Notes under the pieces: generated by a model
Seen by the model: only the letters and a program-made list of their open reading frames with translations
Told to the model about the DNA's origin: nothing
The model's database searches: none
Assembly (NCBI GenBank): GCA_963714095.1
Contig: OY970230.1
Span: forward strand, 468,084-532,083
Direction of reading: 5' to 3'
Origin: Candidatus Gottesmanbacteria bacterium
GTDB lineage: Bacteria; Patescibacteriota; Microgenomatia; UBA10105; UBA927
DNA: 64,000 nt
In this document: positions 39,397 through 49,692 of the stretch, piece after piece
Position numbering within the stretch: the first letter of the stretch is position 1
Layout of the letters: each line of letters opens with the position of its first letter
Program-made: the position numbers and the translations under genes

Positions 39397-40263
39397 CTAT
39401 GTGGATAATCGCAGTGCCGCAACCAGCATAACCCCTGCGGCGGCAAAGCGGATGGCATAGGTTTTCATCGTATGCCTCTCCAGTAAGGTTGGGGCAAATA
39501 CTGCAAAAAGAAACGCCATTACCATGGCAAACGGCAGGGATAAAATCGTTGCAGCAATGCCGACAGTTCCTACATATGATTTATTTGCAGCCAGCGTCCC
39601 GATGGTTCCTGCAATAGACATCAAAGACAATGCTTCGACTTGAGTTTTTGATATTTTTTTCAAATCCTTACCGAATTTCGGCCACGTGAGAGCTAACATC
39701 CCCTGAGCAACTATGGCTATCCACACCGTCGTTTCCCAGAATCCGTTTTGAGACAGCGCTTTATTGACGTAGGTACCGTAAAACGCCACTATCACCATCT
39801 CAATCAACGCAATAAGAATCGGTATCCGGAAAAACGACCGCAGCTTAAAATGCTCATCAAAACTCACAAATAATCCTGCGATAAAAATGATTCCGATCAG
39901 CACATATTGTTGAGTTGTAAGGAATTGGTGTAATAGCCACACACCCAACAACACGCTGAATACCGTCCGGAAATTAAACAGCGGCGACAGCACGGAAACA
40001 TCCAAAAGGAATATAGCCCACGTATAAAACACGCCGGACAATGCATAAAAAAGCGCCGCAATGATAATATTTCCCCACGAAGAGGGCATGCCGACGTGAT
40101 TCACAAGAGCTATGGGGATTGTAAACAGCATAATGATCCCGTTCCAGACAAAATTAAACAGCCAGGGATTCTTGATCGAATGTTTACTGGTGAGTTTACC
40201 AAACACTTCCTCAACACCCAGCAGAAACGCCGCGAGCCATGCAAACAGAATATATGAGTTCAT
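39397..40263 (-). CDS. EamA/DMT-superfamily transporter (10 TM)
   Basis: Two EamA-like 5-TM halves; start MNSYIL overlaps the GNAT stop by 1 nt (TAATG). Confidence 0.7.
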   Translation of the reverse strand: MNSYILFAWLAAFLLGVEEVFGKLTSKHSIKNPWLFNFVWNGIIMLFTIPIALVNHVGMPSSWGNIIIAALFYALSGVFYTWAIFLLDVSVLSPLFNFRTVFSVLLGVWLLHQFLTTQQYVLIGIIFIAGLFVSFDEHFKLRSFFRIPILIALIEMVIVAFYGTYVNKALSQNGFWETTVWIAIVAQGMLALTWPKFGKDLKKISKTQVEALSLMSIAGTIGTLAANKSYVGTVGIAATILSLPFAMVMAFLFAVFAPTLLERHTMKTYAIRFAAAGVMLVAALRLST

Positions 40264-40694
40264 TATAATTCCTTGCCCATCCACCGGAAGAGATAGCCTT
40301 TTTTGAAACCCTGTTTATGATAGAATTTCTGGATATCCGTATCCGCCTCTTTAACCAACAATGAACATTCGCAATGTTTTTGCTTCTTCAGTGCTTCCTG
40401 CATTTTAGTTAATAATGCCGTCCCCACACCTTTACTACGGTACTCCTTGACGACATACAGCGAAGAAAAATACGCCCAACCGCGCATCCCGTGGACAAGA
40501 CACATGCCAACTAGTTTCCTCCCGTCCCGTGCAACGAGAATGGTGTCTTCCGCGGGGTGTGCAATCCACTGCCGGAGTAATCGGGGAGAATACCACTGGT
40601 CGTCTTCACAATCCCGCAGTGCTGCATTTTCCTTGCCCCATTTGGCCATAAGCGGCGCATCGGATAGCCTGGGCTTCGTGATAGTAATATGCAT
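40263..40694 (-). CDS. GNAT-family N-acetyltransferase
   Basis: KLVGMCLVHGMRGWAYFSSLYVVKEYRSKGVGTALL acetyl-CoA binding motif. Confidence 0.8.
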   Translation of the reverse strand: MHITITKPRLSDAPLMAKWGKENAALRDCEDDQWYSPRLLRQWIAHPAEDTILVARDGRKLVGMCLVHGMRGWAYFSSLYVVKEYRSKGVGTALLTKMQEALKKQKHCECSLLVKEADTDIQKFYHKQGFKKGYLFRWMGKEL

Positions 40695-40741
40695 ACAGAT
40701 ACCCTCAATGGTACCATAAATCGTGGTCGGATGAAAAACAG

Positions 40742-41263
40742 GTGAACCAGTATAATACGGTTATGGACATACTCTATCACGGAATAATAGGGGTTACCGT
40801 TGCTAAAATCATGGGAAGTCCGGACGTGCTGCCTGCCGCAATCGCGGCCATAGCACCGGATATCGCGGGTATTATTCCCTTTTATTACTTTAAAGTAAAA
40901 AATGCACCAAAAACTTCCGTTCACACTTTTATCCGCTCACTATGGACAACAACAAATTCAAACAAATTTGATAACCAAATTGACCGGGGAACGTATCAGT
41001 TTTTTCACTCAATCATTGCCGTACCAATTACGGCGTTGGTTGGATATTATCTCTATCCCGCATCATGGATGGTTCTCAGTATTGCGTACTTCTCCCACAT
41101 CTTCATAGACATCCCGACCCACGGCGGGGATTTCGCCACACAATTCCTCTACCCGTTTTCAACGATCCATTATGAAGGAAAAAATTGGGCGAAGCATCCT
41201 ATGGAGTTTCTCCTCTTTTGGGCAGCGCTGGTCGCTATTCTTTTTGCCTTCCGCGTAATGTAA
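40742..41263 (+). CDS. membrane-bound metal-dependent hydrolase (YdjM/DUF457-like)
   Basis: 173 aa, 4-5 TM, conserved His residues (HGIIG..., HSII, HIFIDIPTHGG). Confidence 0.6.
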   Translation: MNQYNTVMDILYHGIIGVTVAKIMGSPDVLPAAIAAIAPDIAGIIPFYYFKVKNAPKTSVHTFIRSLWTTTNSNKFDNQIDRGTYQFFHSIIAVPITALVGYYLYPASWMVLSIAYFSHIFIDIPTHGGDFATQFLYPFSTIHYEGKNWAKHPMEFLLFWAALVAILFAFRVM

Positions 41264-41711
41264 ACGCTGCAAGAGCCGCATCCACGATATACCGTGTATC
41301 TTCCTGCAAGCCCATACGGGCTAAATCTGCTTCTGAGCACCATCGGAATTCTTCCTGCATAACAACTTTTGACGGATCAGGTGTTGTGCCGAAGTAAATA
41401 CAATCAATATGCCGGTGTTCCGGCGCCTCGCCACGTGCATCTATTTGCTGGTCAAAAAGTAACGCGGGTGGGGTGAGCTCATTGGCGTATTTAAATTTTT
41501 TTAATTTTTTCTTCGGAGAAAAAATAATCACATCAATCCCCGCTTCTTCTTTCGCCTCGCGAATCGCTGCAGCAACCGGATCCTCGTCAGACTCGACATG
41601 CCCACCGAGCCCGTACCAGTTGTGGTGTTTTTTGTGCATATGCAGCAACACCTTCGGCTCCCCTTTTATGATTGCCATTACATATACCGTCGCGGAAAAA
41701 TGTTTAAGCAT
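41235..41711 (-). CDS. NUDIX hydrolase
   Basis: GGHVESDEDPVAAAIREAKEEAGI Nudix box. Confidence 0.8.
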   Translation of the reverse strand: MLKHFSATVYVMAIIKGEPKVLLHMHKKHHNWYGLGGHVESDEDPVAAAIREAKEEAGIDVIIFSPKKKLKKFKYANELTPPALLFDQQIDARGEAPEHRHIDCIYFGTTPDPSKVVMQEEFRWCSEADLARMGLQEDTRYIVDAALAAFTLRGRQKE

Positions 41712-41723
41712 ATTCGCATTCTA

Positions 41724-41753
41724 CCAAAAAGCCCCCGATTACTCGAGGGCTTT
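41724..41753 (-). terminator. groESL intrinsic terminator
   Basis: Minus strand AAAGCCCtcgagtaatcgGGGGCTTTTTGG, 20 nt after the groEL stop. Confidence 0.5.
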
Positions 41754-41773
41754 CCTGTTTATATATCAATTTT

Positions 41774-43438
<1,665 letters not shown>

Positions 43439-43759
43439 TTAAGAAACGATTGCTAATATGTCTTTTTGTTCTACGATGGTCCATTCTTCCCCACCCACCT
43501 TGACTTCATTGCCGCCCCACTTTTTATACATGACGCGGTCGCCGACTTTCACGACCATTTTGCTGCAATCACACGATTTGTCATCCGCATCCGCGTCACA
43601 CGAACAGGATTTTCCCGGACCAACAGCCATCACCTGACCGATCTGTGGTTTTTCTTTTGCGCTGTCAGGAAGAATTATACCGGACGGGAGTTTCTCCTCC
43701 GCTTCAAGGGGTTTAACAAGAACATTGTCAAATAACGGCGTAATTTTTTGTTTTGCCAT
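43439..43759 (-). CDS. groS: co-chaperonin GroES carrying a 4-Cys insertion (CSCDADADDKSCDC) in the roof-hairpin region; start at MAKQK (AGGAGG SD 6 nt upstream)
   Basis: MAKQKITPLFDNVLVKP...AVGPG-KSCSCDADADDKSCDCSKMV-VKVGD...DILAIV; E. coli has a 12-aa loop with no Cys here. Confidence 0.9.
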   Translation of the reverse strand: MAKQKITPLFDNVLVKPLEAEEKLPSGIILPDSAKEKPQIGQVMAVGPGKSCSCDADADDKSCDCSKMVVKVGDRVMYKKWGGNEVKVGGEEWTIVEQKDILAIVS

Positions 43760-43797
43760 AGGTCCTCCTTTATCACTCATTTGAGATGAGTGCTATT

Positions 43798-44640
43798 TTA
43801 GCCTGCGTAGAAAACCTTGTCAAGGGGTATGTGAACCTTAGCCAAACGCACAGCTAGGTTCCGCTTGATCCATACTCTTGCATCATGCGGATGGAATCGA
43901 AGTACCGTATCAGTAATAACCTCACGGGTACGGCTTCGTGCCATATACCATAGCTGAAATTTTTTGGCCGGCCATTCAAATAACCGCAAAAAATAAATAA
44001 CCAAGCGAATGCTTGTATACACCTGCGCAACCCTTATAGTATTTTTTTCTTTCCATGCATTTGGAAGATACCGAGTGACCCAACGGTTCGAAAGCAAAAA
44101 TTTTTTATATGACCCTTGTTGTTCCCAAATGGGCACCATCTGAAGAACTTCGTGCGCGGTAAAACAATCACGATCATCGGCAACAAGACCGGTCGCTCCG
44201 GCAGTCATAAACATATTGAGACATATTTTATTCGCAACCGATACGTCTTTCGGGTGCCGCCGGAGTCCAAGGATATCCATAGCGAACGTTGCAAGAAGCC
44301 GGCTGACCCACAACGTGCCATCTGCAACAATAAGGAAAAAATCTATGTCATCCGAGGCGCGGGCATTATTCATCGCAAGTCCGCCGGTGACGCCGACTAA
44401 TTGGATAGTTGGAATCATTGCTAACCATTGCCCGGCTTTATTTGCTATCGCCCACTTATCGTTTTGCCGCTGTATTTTATTATATGCAAGAAAAAATCCT
44501 ATCCCGTTCGGGACTCTTATTGTACTGACAGGGTAATACAAAAACCAACGAATAAGCTCTTCTCTTGTTAACGCGTAACCGAATACATCCGCGTACGCAA
44601 GCGTTGCGATTAAAGCCTCGTATTTTGATACGGAATGCAT
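43798..44640 (-). CDS. Pol-beta-superfamily nucleotidyltransferase-fold protein (GG-x10-DDID motif; possibly LicD/fukutin-like phospho-group transferase), function unknown
   Basis: LVGVTGGLAMNNARASDDIDFFLIV plus a downstream acidic residue (LVADDRD). Confidence 0.45.
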   Translation of the reverse strand: MHSVSKYEALIATLAYADVFGYALTREELIRWFLYYPVSTIRVPNGIGFFLAYNKIQRQNDKWAIANKAGQWLAMIPTIQLVGVTGGLAMNNARASDDIDFFLIVADGTLWVSRLLATFAMDILGLRRHPKDVSVANKICLNMFMTAGATGLVADDRDCFTAHEVLQMVPIWEQQGSYKKFLLSNRWVTRYLPNAWKEKNTIRVAQVYTSIRLVIYFLRLFEWPAKKFQLWYMARSRTREVITDTVLRFHPHDARVWIKRNLAVRLAKVHIPLDKVFYAG

Positions 44641-44642
44641 GG

Positions 44643-46211
44643 TTATGGTGTGGTTGCGGGGGCAGTACCTGTAGTTAAACCGTAACTCGTCAGCACTTGA
44701 GAAAATCCTGCAGATGCGGTTTGGAGAGCGGCAGTCGGTGCAGTTCCCTGGCCGACGGCATTCACCGCATCCGTTAAATATTGAATAAGCTTGTCATTGA
44801 TGCCGTTGTCAAAAGTACGCGATGCCAGGGGAAACGATTTTGCGGTCGGTGCTTCCTGAATATAGGCACCAACATATGGATCGCTCGTGACTGTTCCGGC
44901 AAGATCAACTCTGGCGTACGGCTCTCCGAATAAGCGTGTTTTTGCTTCTTCTCCGTACAACTTTATCGTCACGTCGTGACCGGTCATGTATTTGAGAAAC
45001 GTCCACCCCTGTGTCTGATATTTTGATTTTGTTGATACTCCCCCCACCCAATAGGAAGCCCAATTGACGCTGCTTCCAGGCAACTGCGGCACAGGAGCAA
45101 TTTTGAAATTCAGGTTGGGATTAATCTGTTTAATATCAAACACGCGCCACGACGGAGCAAGTATCATTGCTACCTTCCCGCTGGCAAATGCGTAAATAGA
45201 ATTATCCATCGTATCATTCCATGTATAGACGGGATCTGACGGATTAGCAAACTTCCAGTAAAACATCAATGTATCTTCCGCCTCCTTACCTGTGGGATTG
45301 GCAAGATTTGCCCCGTTTTGCATCATCATAAGACCGACGATATCACTGAAATTTTCGACATTACCCGTGGTCCCCAAGGCAATCGCTGATTGCTGGATTT
45401 GCGTATCCGTTTTAACCGTAAGGCGCGGAACATCTTCCAGAAGTTCCGGCCATGTCGTCGGAGGTGTCACCCCCGCTGTTGTCAGTAAGTCTTCATTATA
45501 GTAAAGACCTAACCCGTCAAACATGAACGGTACTCCGTAAATCGCCTGTCCGCCGACAAGGTCCGAGGATGCCACGGGATAAAATGTACTGCCGAATTCC
45601 GTTGTAGTCATAATTGTTACGGGCGCAGGCGATAATTCACTCTTGAGCATCGGCACCCACGTATTATGGAATTCGTAGACATCCGGCCCGTCGCCCCGCT
45701 CGATTGCTGCCTGCAGGCGTTCACGGTATTGCTGAGGTGACTGTTTAACATACTGAACTTTAATTTTCGGATTTGCCGTCTGAAAATCAGCAATCACGCT
45801 TTGTAACGTCGGGCTGTCTTCCCAAAGACCCCAATACGTAATAGTCACTTCCTTTCCAGCATTTACCATTCCTAAAACATATTTAATGCCAACTGCAACC
45901 CCCGCAATCAGCAGTAAAAACAGAAGAATCATGAGAATCCGCTTGAATAAGGGTTTGCCGGCAGCGGGCGGCGTTTGACTCACTGTTTGTTCTGTAGGCG
46001 CTACACCGTGCGGAATAAACGGGTTGGCGTTGGCAGCAGCGGGCGGGATCACTAATGTCTCAGAGGAAACTTGCGGAGCCATACCCCAATCCAACGGTGC
46101 AGGAGTGGAAGGCGCGGGAATATTAGGCACCGGAGGAGACGGAGGAACCGGAGTTTCGCCTACCTGTTGATCCTGCGCGACTGGCGGCTGTATGTCGTCC
46201 ATAAAAAACAC
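44643..46211 (-). CDS. ABC-transporter family-1 extracellular solute-binding protein (sugar type) with ~75-aa Pro-rich cytoplasmic N-terminus and TM anchor
   Basis: PPSPPVPNIPAPSTPAP...ILMILLFLLLIAGVAVGI TM, then SBP_bac_1-like domain. Confidence 0.75.
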   Translation of the reverse strand: MFFMDDIQPPVAQDQQVGETPVPPSPPVPNIPAPSTPAPLDWGMAPQVSSETLVIPPAAANANPFIPHGVAPTEQTVSQTPPAAGKPLFKRILMILLFLLLIAGVAVGIKYVLGMVNAGKEVTITYWGLWEDSPTLQSVIADFQTANPKIKVQYVKQSPQQYRERLQAAIERGDGPDVYEFHNTWVPMLKSELSPAPVTIMTTTEFGSTFYPVASSDLVGGQAIYGVPFMFDGLGLYYNEDLLTTAGVTPPTTWPELLEDVPRLTVKTDTQIQQSAIALGTTGNVENFSDIVGLMMMQNGANLANPTGKEAEDTLMFYWKFANPSDPVYTWNDTMDNSIYAFASGKVAMILAPSWRVFDIKQINPNLNFKIAPVPQLPGSSVNWASYWVGGVSTKSKYQTQGWTFLKYMTGHDVTIKLYGEEAKTRLFGEPYARVDLAGTVTSDPYVGAYIQEAPTAKSFPLASRTFDNGINDKLIQYLTDAVNAVGQGTAPTAALQTASAGFSQVLTSYGLTTGTAPATTP

Positions 46212-46250
46212 CCTCGCACTTAGCGGCTACTGGCGTATAATTATCATATC

Positions 46251-47642
46251 ATGGGGAAAGTAAAGCACAATACCGCACGCTGGATTTATGCAGGTTTTTT
46301 GACCGGCATAATCGTCATACTCTGTTTACTCATAATTACCGGTGTTCTTTTTGAAAAAAAATATCAGGGGCGAATCTATCCGCGGGTTTCTGTCGGGAAT
46401 ATTGACGTTTCGGGCGAATATCCGAAAGAAGTAGAAACGTATTGGCTAACGAAAAATACCCCGTTTAACACCATGCAGTTTGAACTCCTGTACGATGGAA
46501 AAATCGCAACTATTTCAGGTGCCGATTTAAACTTGGGTTACGATGCAACACTTTCGGCAACCCAAGCGTTCCTTATCGACCGGTCAGGTCAATGGCTCTC
46601 AAATATCTACCTTGTATTGTCTCGACAATCCGTAAATCTCGCTCCGTACTTCCGCTGGAACAGCGACGTTATTGATTCCGCGCTCTCCGCAATTGCCTCT
46701 CAAGTCAATATACCGGCAACCGATGCTCTTTTTCAATTCCAAAATGGACGGGTCACCAGTTTCCGCCCGTCGTCAAACGGAAAACAGCTTAATGTTGATG
46801 AAGCAAATAACCGGATCACACAGGCTTTCCACACGGCAGAAGAGACGGGCCAACAACACATAACCGTCCTTATGCCGATTGAAACCGTACGGCCTACAGT
46901 CGCAACGGATAAAGCAAATACGTTCGGAATCAAAGAACTCATTGGTTCCGGTTATTCAGAATTTGCCGGATCTACAGCCGAAAGAATACACAACGTAACA
47001 CTTGCCGCGTCACGGCTTAACGGCGTTCTTATAAAACCCGGGGAAACCTTCTCGTTTAACGACACGGTCGGAGATATATCGGCTGCCACCGGCTATCAGT
47101 CGGCCTGGATCATAAAAGACGGCCGCACCGTGCTTGGTGACGGCGGCGGGGTGTGCCAGGTTTCCACTACTCTGTTTCGGGCAGCGCTCGCTGCTGGACT
47201 TCCGATCGTCGAACGGCATGCACATGATTACCGCGTCCACTACTACGAAGAAGGTGGGTTTAAACCGGGCTTGGATGCTACTGTCTACGGCCCGACATAT
47301 GATTTAAAATTCAAAAACGATACACCCGCGTCCATTCTTATCCAGGCAAAAACTGATGTGACGAACCTGTCGCTTATCTTTGATCTGTACGGGGCAAGTG
47401 ATGGCAGAATTGCGCAAATCATCAATCAAAAGCTGTGGGACATCACCCCACCCCCGCCGGACCTCTATCAGGATGATCCGACGCTTGCAAAAGGTGTCGT
47501 CAAACAGGTAGACTTTAGTGCATGGGGTGCGAAAGCCTCCTTTGATTATCTTATCACGCGCGGCGACGCGACGCTGGAGAAAACCACATTTTTCTCTAAT
47601 TACCAACCGTGGCAAGCTGTATACTTAAGAGGAACACTATGA
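46251..47642 (+). CDS. VanW-family protein
   Basis: LIKPGETFSFNDTVG...GGGVCQVSTTLFRAALAAGLPIVERHAHDY VanW core; N-terminal TM. Confidence 0.85.
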   Translation: MGKVKHNTARWIYAGFLTGIIVILCLLIITGVLFEKKYQGRIYPRVSVGNIDVSGEYPKEVETYWLTKNTPFNTMQFELLYDGKIATISGADLNLGYDATLSATQAFLIDRSGQWLSNIYLVLSRQSVNLAPYFRWNSDVIDSALSAIASQVNIPATDALFQFQNGRVTSFRPSSNGKQLNVDEANNRITQAFHTAEETGQQHITVLMPIETVRPTVATDKANTFGIKELIGSGYSEFAGSTAERIHNVTLAASRLNGVLIKPGETFSFNDTVGDISAATGYQSAWIIKDGRTVLGDGGGVCQVSTTLFRAALAAGLPIVERHAHDYRVHYYEEGGFKPGLDATVYGPTYDLKFKNDTPASILIQAKTDVTNLSLIFDLYGASDGRIAQIINQKLWDITPPPPDLYQDDPTLAKGVVKQVDFSAWGAKASFDYLITRGDATLEKTTFFSNYQPWQAVYLRGTL

Positions 47643-48058
47643 AAAAAGTTGTTCTTGTCGGCGGGTGTTTTGATCTGTTGCACTTCGGCCACATCTCTTT
47701 TCTCAAACAAGCAAAAACGCTGGGTAATTTTCTCGTGATTGCACTCGAATCGGATGAAAATGTCCGACGTACGAAGGGGGAAGCCCGCCCTATCCATACG
47801 CAGGCACAACGCAAAGAAATGCTTGAGTCGTTATCATTTGTCGATGAAGTCATCGCACTTCCCTCTATGCATACTGATGAAGATTATTTCAAATTGGTCC
47901 GAAAAATTAAGCCAGCAGTCATCGCTGTTACAGACGGTGACAGTGCAAAAGTAAAAAAAATGGAGCAAGCAAACGAAGTCGGGGCCGCGCTTATCGAAAT
48001 CCCCAAAATCCACACTCCGTCAACGAGTCAGCTGGCTAAACTCCTGGGACTTGAGTAG
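47639..48058 (+). CDS. cytidylyltransferase-like (HxGH) nucleotidyltransferase, TagD/RfaE-domain-II-like
   Basis: VVLVGGCFDLLHFGHISFLKQAK; ~140 aa; ATGA overlap with vanW-like stop. Confidence 0.7.
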   Translation: MKKVVLVGGCFDLLHFGHISFLKQAKTLGNFLVIALESDENVRRTKGEARPIHTQAQRKEMLESLSFVDEVIALPSMHTDEDYFKLVRKIKPAVIAVTDGDSAKVKKMEQANEVGAALIEIPKIHTPSTSQLAKLLGLE

Positions 48059-48070
48059 AATACAACAATT

Positions 48071-49084
48071 ATGATTATTCTCGCCATCGAATCATCGTGT
48101 GATGAAACATCCGCCGCAGTTGTTGTTGATGGCGTCACGGTGTTAAGTAATGTAGTGGCAACATCTGCCGCCATGCATGCAAAATACGGCGGCATTGTTC
48201 CGGAGGTAGCGGCACGCGAGCAGCTAAAAGTTATTATTCCGACGATCGATGAAGCACTCAAACAAGCAAAAACAGATCTTACATCTATTGATGCCATTGC
48301 TATTGCAGTTGGCCCTGGCCTGATCGGATCACTTTTAATCGGCGTAGAAACAGCTAAAACACTAGCTCTTGCCACCGGAAAACCGTTAATACCTGTAAAC
48401 CATGTACTTGCACATATGTTTGCTAACTTTATCGGTAACCAAAAAATCGAATTTCCCGCGATATCGCTTGTTGTAAGCGGCGGACATACGGAATTATTTC
48501 TTATGGAGTCGCCTAAAAAATTATCGTGGCTTGGAGGAACGCTTGATGACGCGGCAGGCGAGGCCTTCGATAAAACTGCCCGGCTCTTGGGATTTGAAAA
48601 TCGAGGCGGACCGGCAATACAGGAAGCGTCGGCAAAATTTCAGATTGAAAAGTCAAAATTTAAAACAAAACTTCCCCGTCCACTTCTGCATGACGGGTCG
48701 CTTAACTTTTCCTTCTCAGGACTCAAAACCGCAATCTGGCGCGAATGGAATAAATTACCTGAGCGGGATGAGGATATAACCAGCGCATTTGCCTATGAGG
48801 TGCAGGAATCCATTACCGACGTCTTGGTCTCAAAAACAATACATGCAGCGAAAAGGTATAGCGCCAAAAGTATTTTGGTTTCCGGCGGTGTTGCAGCAAA
48901 TTTACGGCTACGGGAAAAAATACAGGATGCTGCAGAAAAAAATTCCGTAAAACTCTTCATTCCTCCAATTGGATTATGTACCGATAACGCAGCCTACATC
49001 GGAAGTTACGCATTCTTCCGCGGGCAACCCGCCGACTGGCACACGATTACAGCAATCCCGGATATGTCAGTGGAAGATATTTAA
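48071..49084 (+). CDS. tsaD: tRNA N6-adenosine threonylcarbamoyltransferase TsaD (Kae1/Gcp)
   Basis: MIILAIESSCDETSAAVV...VSGGHTEL...GGVAAN. Confidence 0.95.
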   Translation: MIILAIESSCDETSAAVVVDGVTVLSNVVATSAAMHAKYGGIVPEVAAREQLKVIIPTIDEALKQAKTDLTSIDAIAIAVGPGLIGSLLIGVETAKTLALATGKPLIPVNHVLAHMFANFIGNQKIEFPAISLVVSGGHTELFLMESPKKLSWLGGTLDDAAGEAFDKTARLLGFENRGGPAIQEASAKFQIEKSKFKTKLPRPLLHDGSLNFSFSGLKTAIWREWNKLPERDEDITSAFAYEVQESITDVLVSKTIHAAKRYSAKSILVSGGVAANLRLREKIQDAAEKNSVKLFIPPIGLCTDNAAYIGSYAFFRGQPADWHTITAIPDMSVEDI

Positions 49085-49588
49085 TGTATTGAGGATTACA
49101 GTTTCGCCGACACTCCACTGTGAATATCCTGAGGGATTGTGTTCTGTTTCAGAAATAAACTCGTTCCACGGTATCCATTTCCATTCTCCAACTTCTTGAA
49201 AATTTGGTCTGGGACCTCCGTCGTAAAACCCCACAAGAATCGGGCAGATTTCATTCTCCATGATCCCATTTATATCAGTACACGTGTACCGGTACGGAGA
49301 AACAACTTTTATATCGTTTACGGTTATCCCCAATTCATCTTTCAATCGTCGTTTCGCTGCGTCAACCACGTCCTCACCCGGCGCCGGGTGCCCGCAGACC
49401 GTATTGGTCCACACACCGGGAAATGTTTTCTTTGTATACGCGCGGCGGGTCAGAAGCAACTCGTGTTTTTTATTAAACACAAAGAGCGAAAATCCGCGGT
49501 GCAGCGGCGTGTGATCGGTATGTACCGTATCTTTCGGCGCCATTCCAATTCCGTGATTTTGCTCATCAACTAAAACAACCAATTCCAT
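49067..49588 (-). CDS. idi: isopentenyl-diphosphate delta-isomerase, type 1 (Nudix fold)
   Basis: Collinear with E. coli Idi: ...LHRGFSLFVFNKKHELLLTRRAYTKKTFPGVWTNTVCGHP... Confidence 0.9.
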   Translation of the reverse strand: MELVVLVDEQNHGIGMAPKDTVHTDHTPLHRGFSLFVFNKKHELLLTRRAYTKKTFPGVWTNTVCGHPAPGEDVVDAAKRRLKDELGITVNDIKVVSPYRYTCTDINGIMENEICPILVGFYDGGPRPNFQEVGEWKWIPWNEFISETEHNPSGYSQWSVGETVILNTLNIFH

Positions 49589-49589
49589 G

Positions 49590-49661
49590 TGGGGCCGCTT
49601 GGAATCGGACCAAGTACATCGATCTTATAAGGATCGCGTTCTACCGATGAACTACGGCCCC
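49590..49661 (-). tRNA. tRNA-Ile with anticodon UAU (AUA-decoding), 72 nt incl. discriminator A, no encoded CCA; T-loop reads T-C-C-G-A (C at position 55)
   Basis: Manual fold of minus strand: acceptor GGGGCCG/CGGCCCC 7/7; U8A9; D stem GTTC/GAAC, D loop ATCGGTA (A14, G18G19, A21); AC stem CGATC/GATCG, loop CTTATAA (U33, anticodon TAT, A37); variable ATGTA; T stem CTTGG/CCAAG, T loop TCCGATT. The plus strand does not fold. Confidence 0.7.
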
Positions 49662-49692
49662 GTGAGAACGTTATAATTATACCAAAAGAAGC

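Noticed and set aside
49590-49661. Plus-strand reading of the tRNA-like interval
   Set aside because: Only the acceptor stem pairs on the plus strand. D, anticodon and T arms fail, whereas the minus strand gives a complete canonical cloverleaf.
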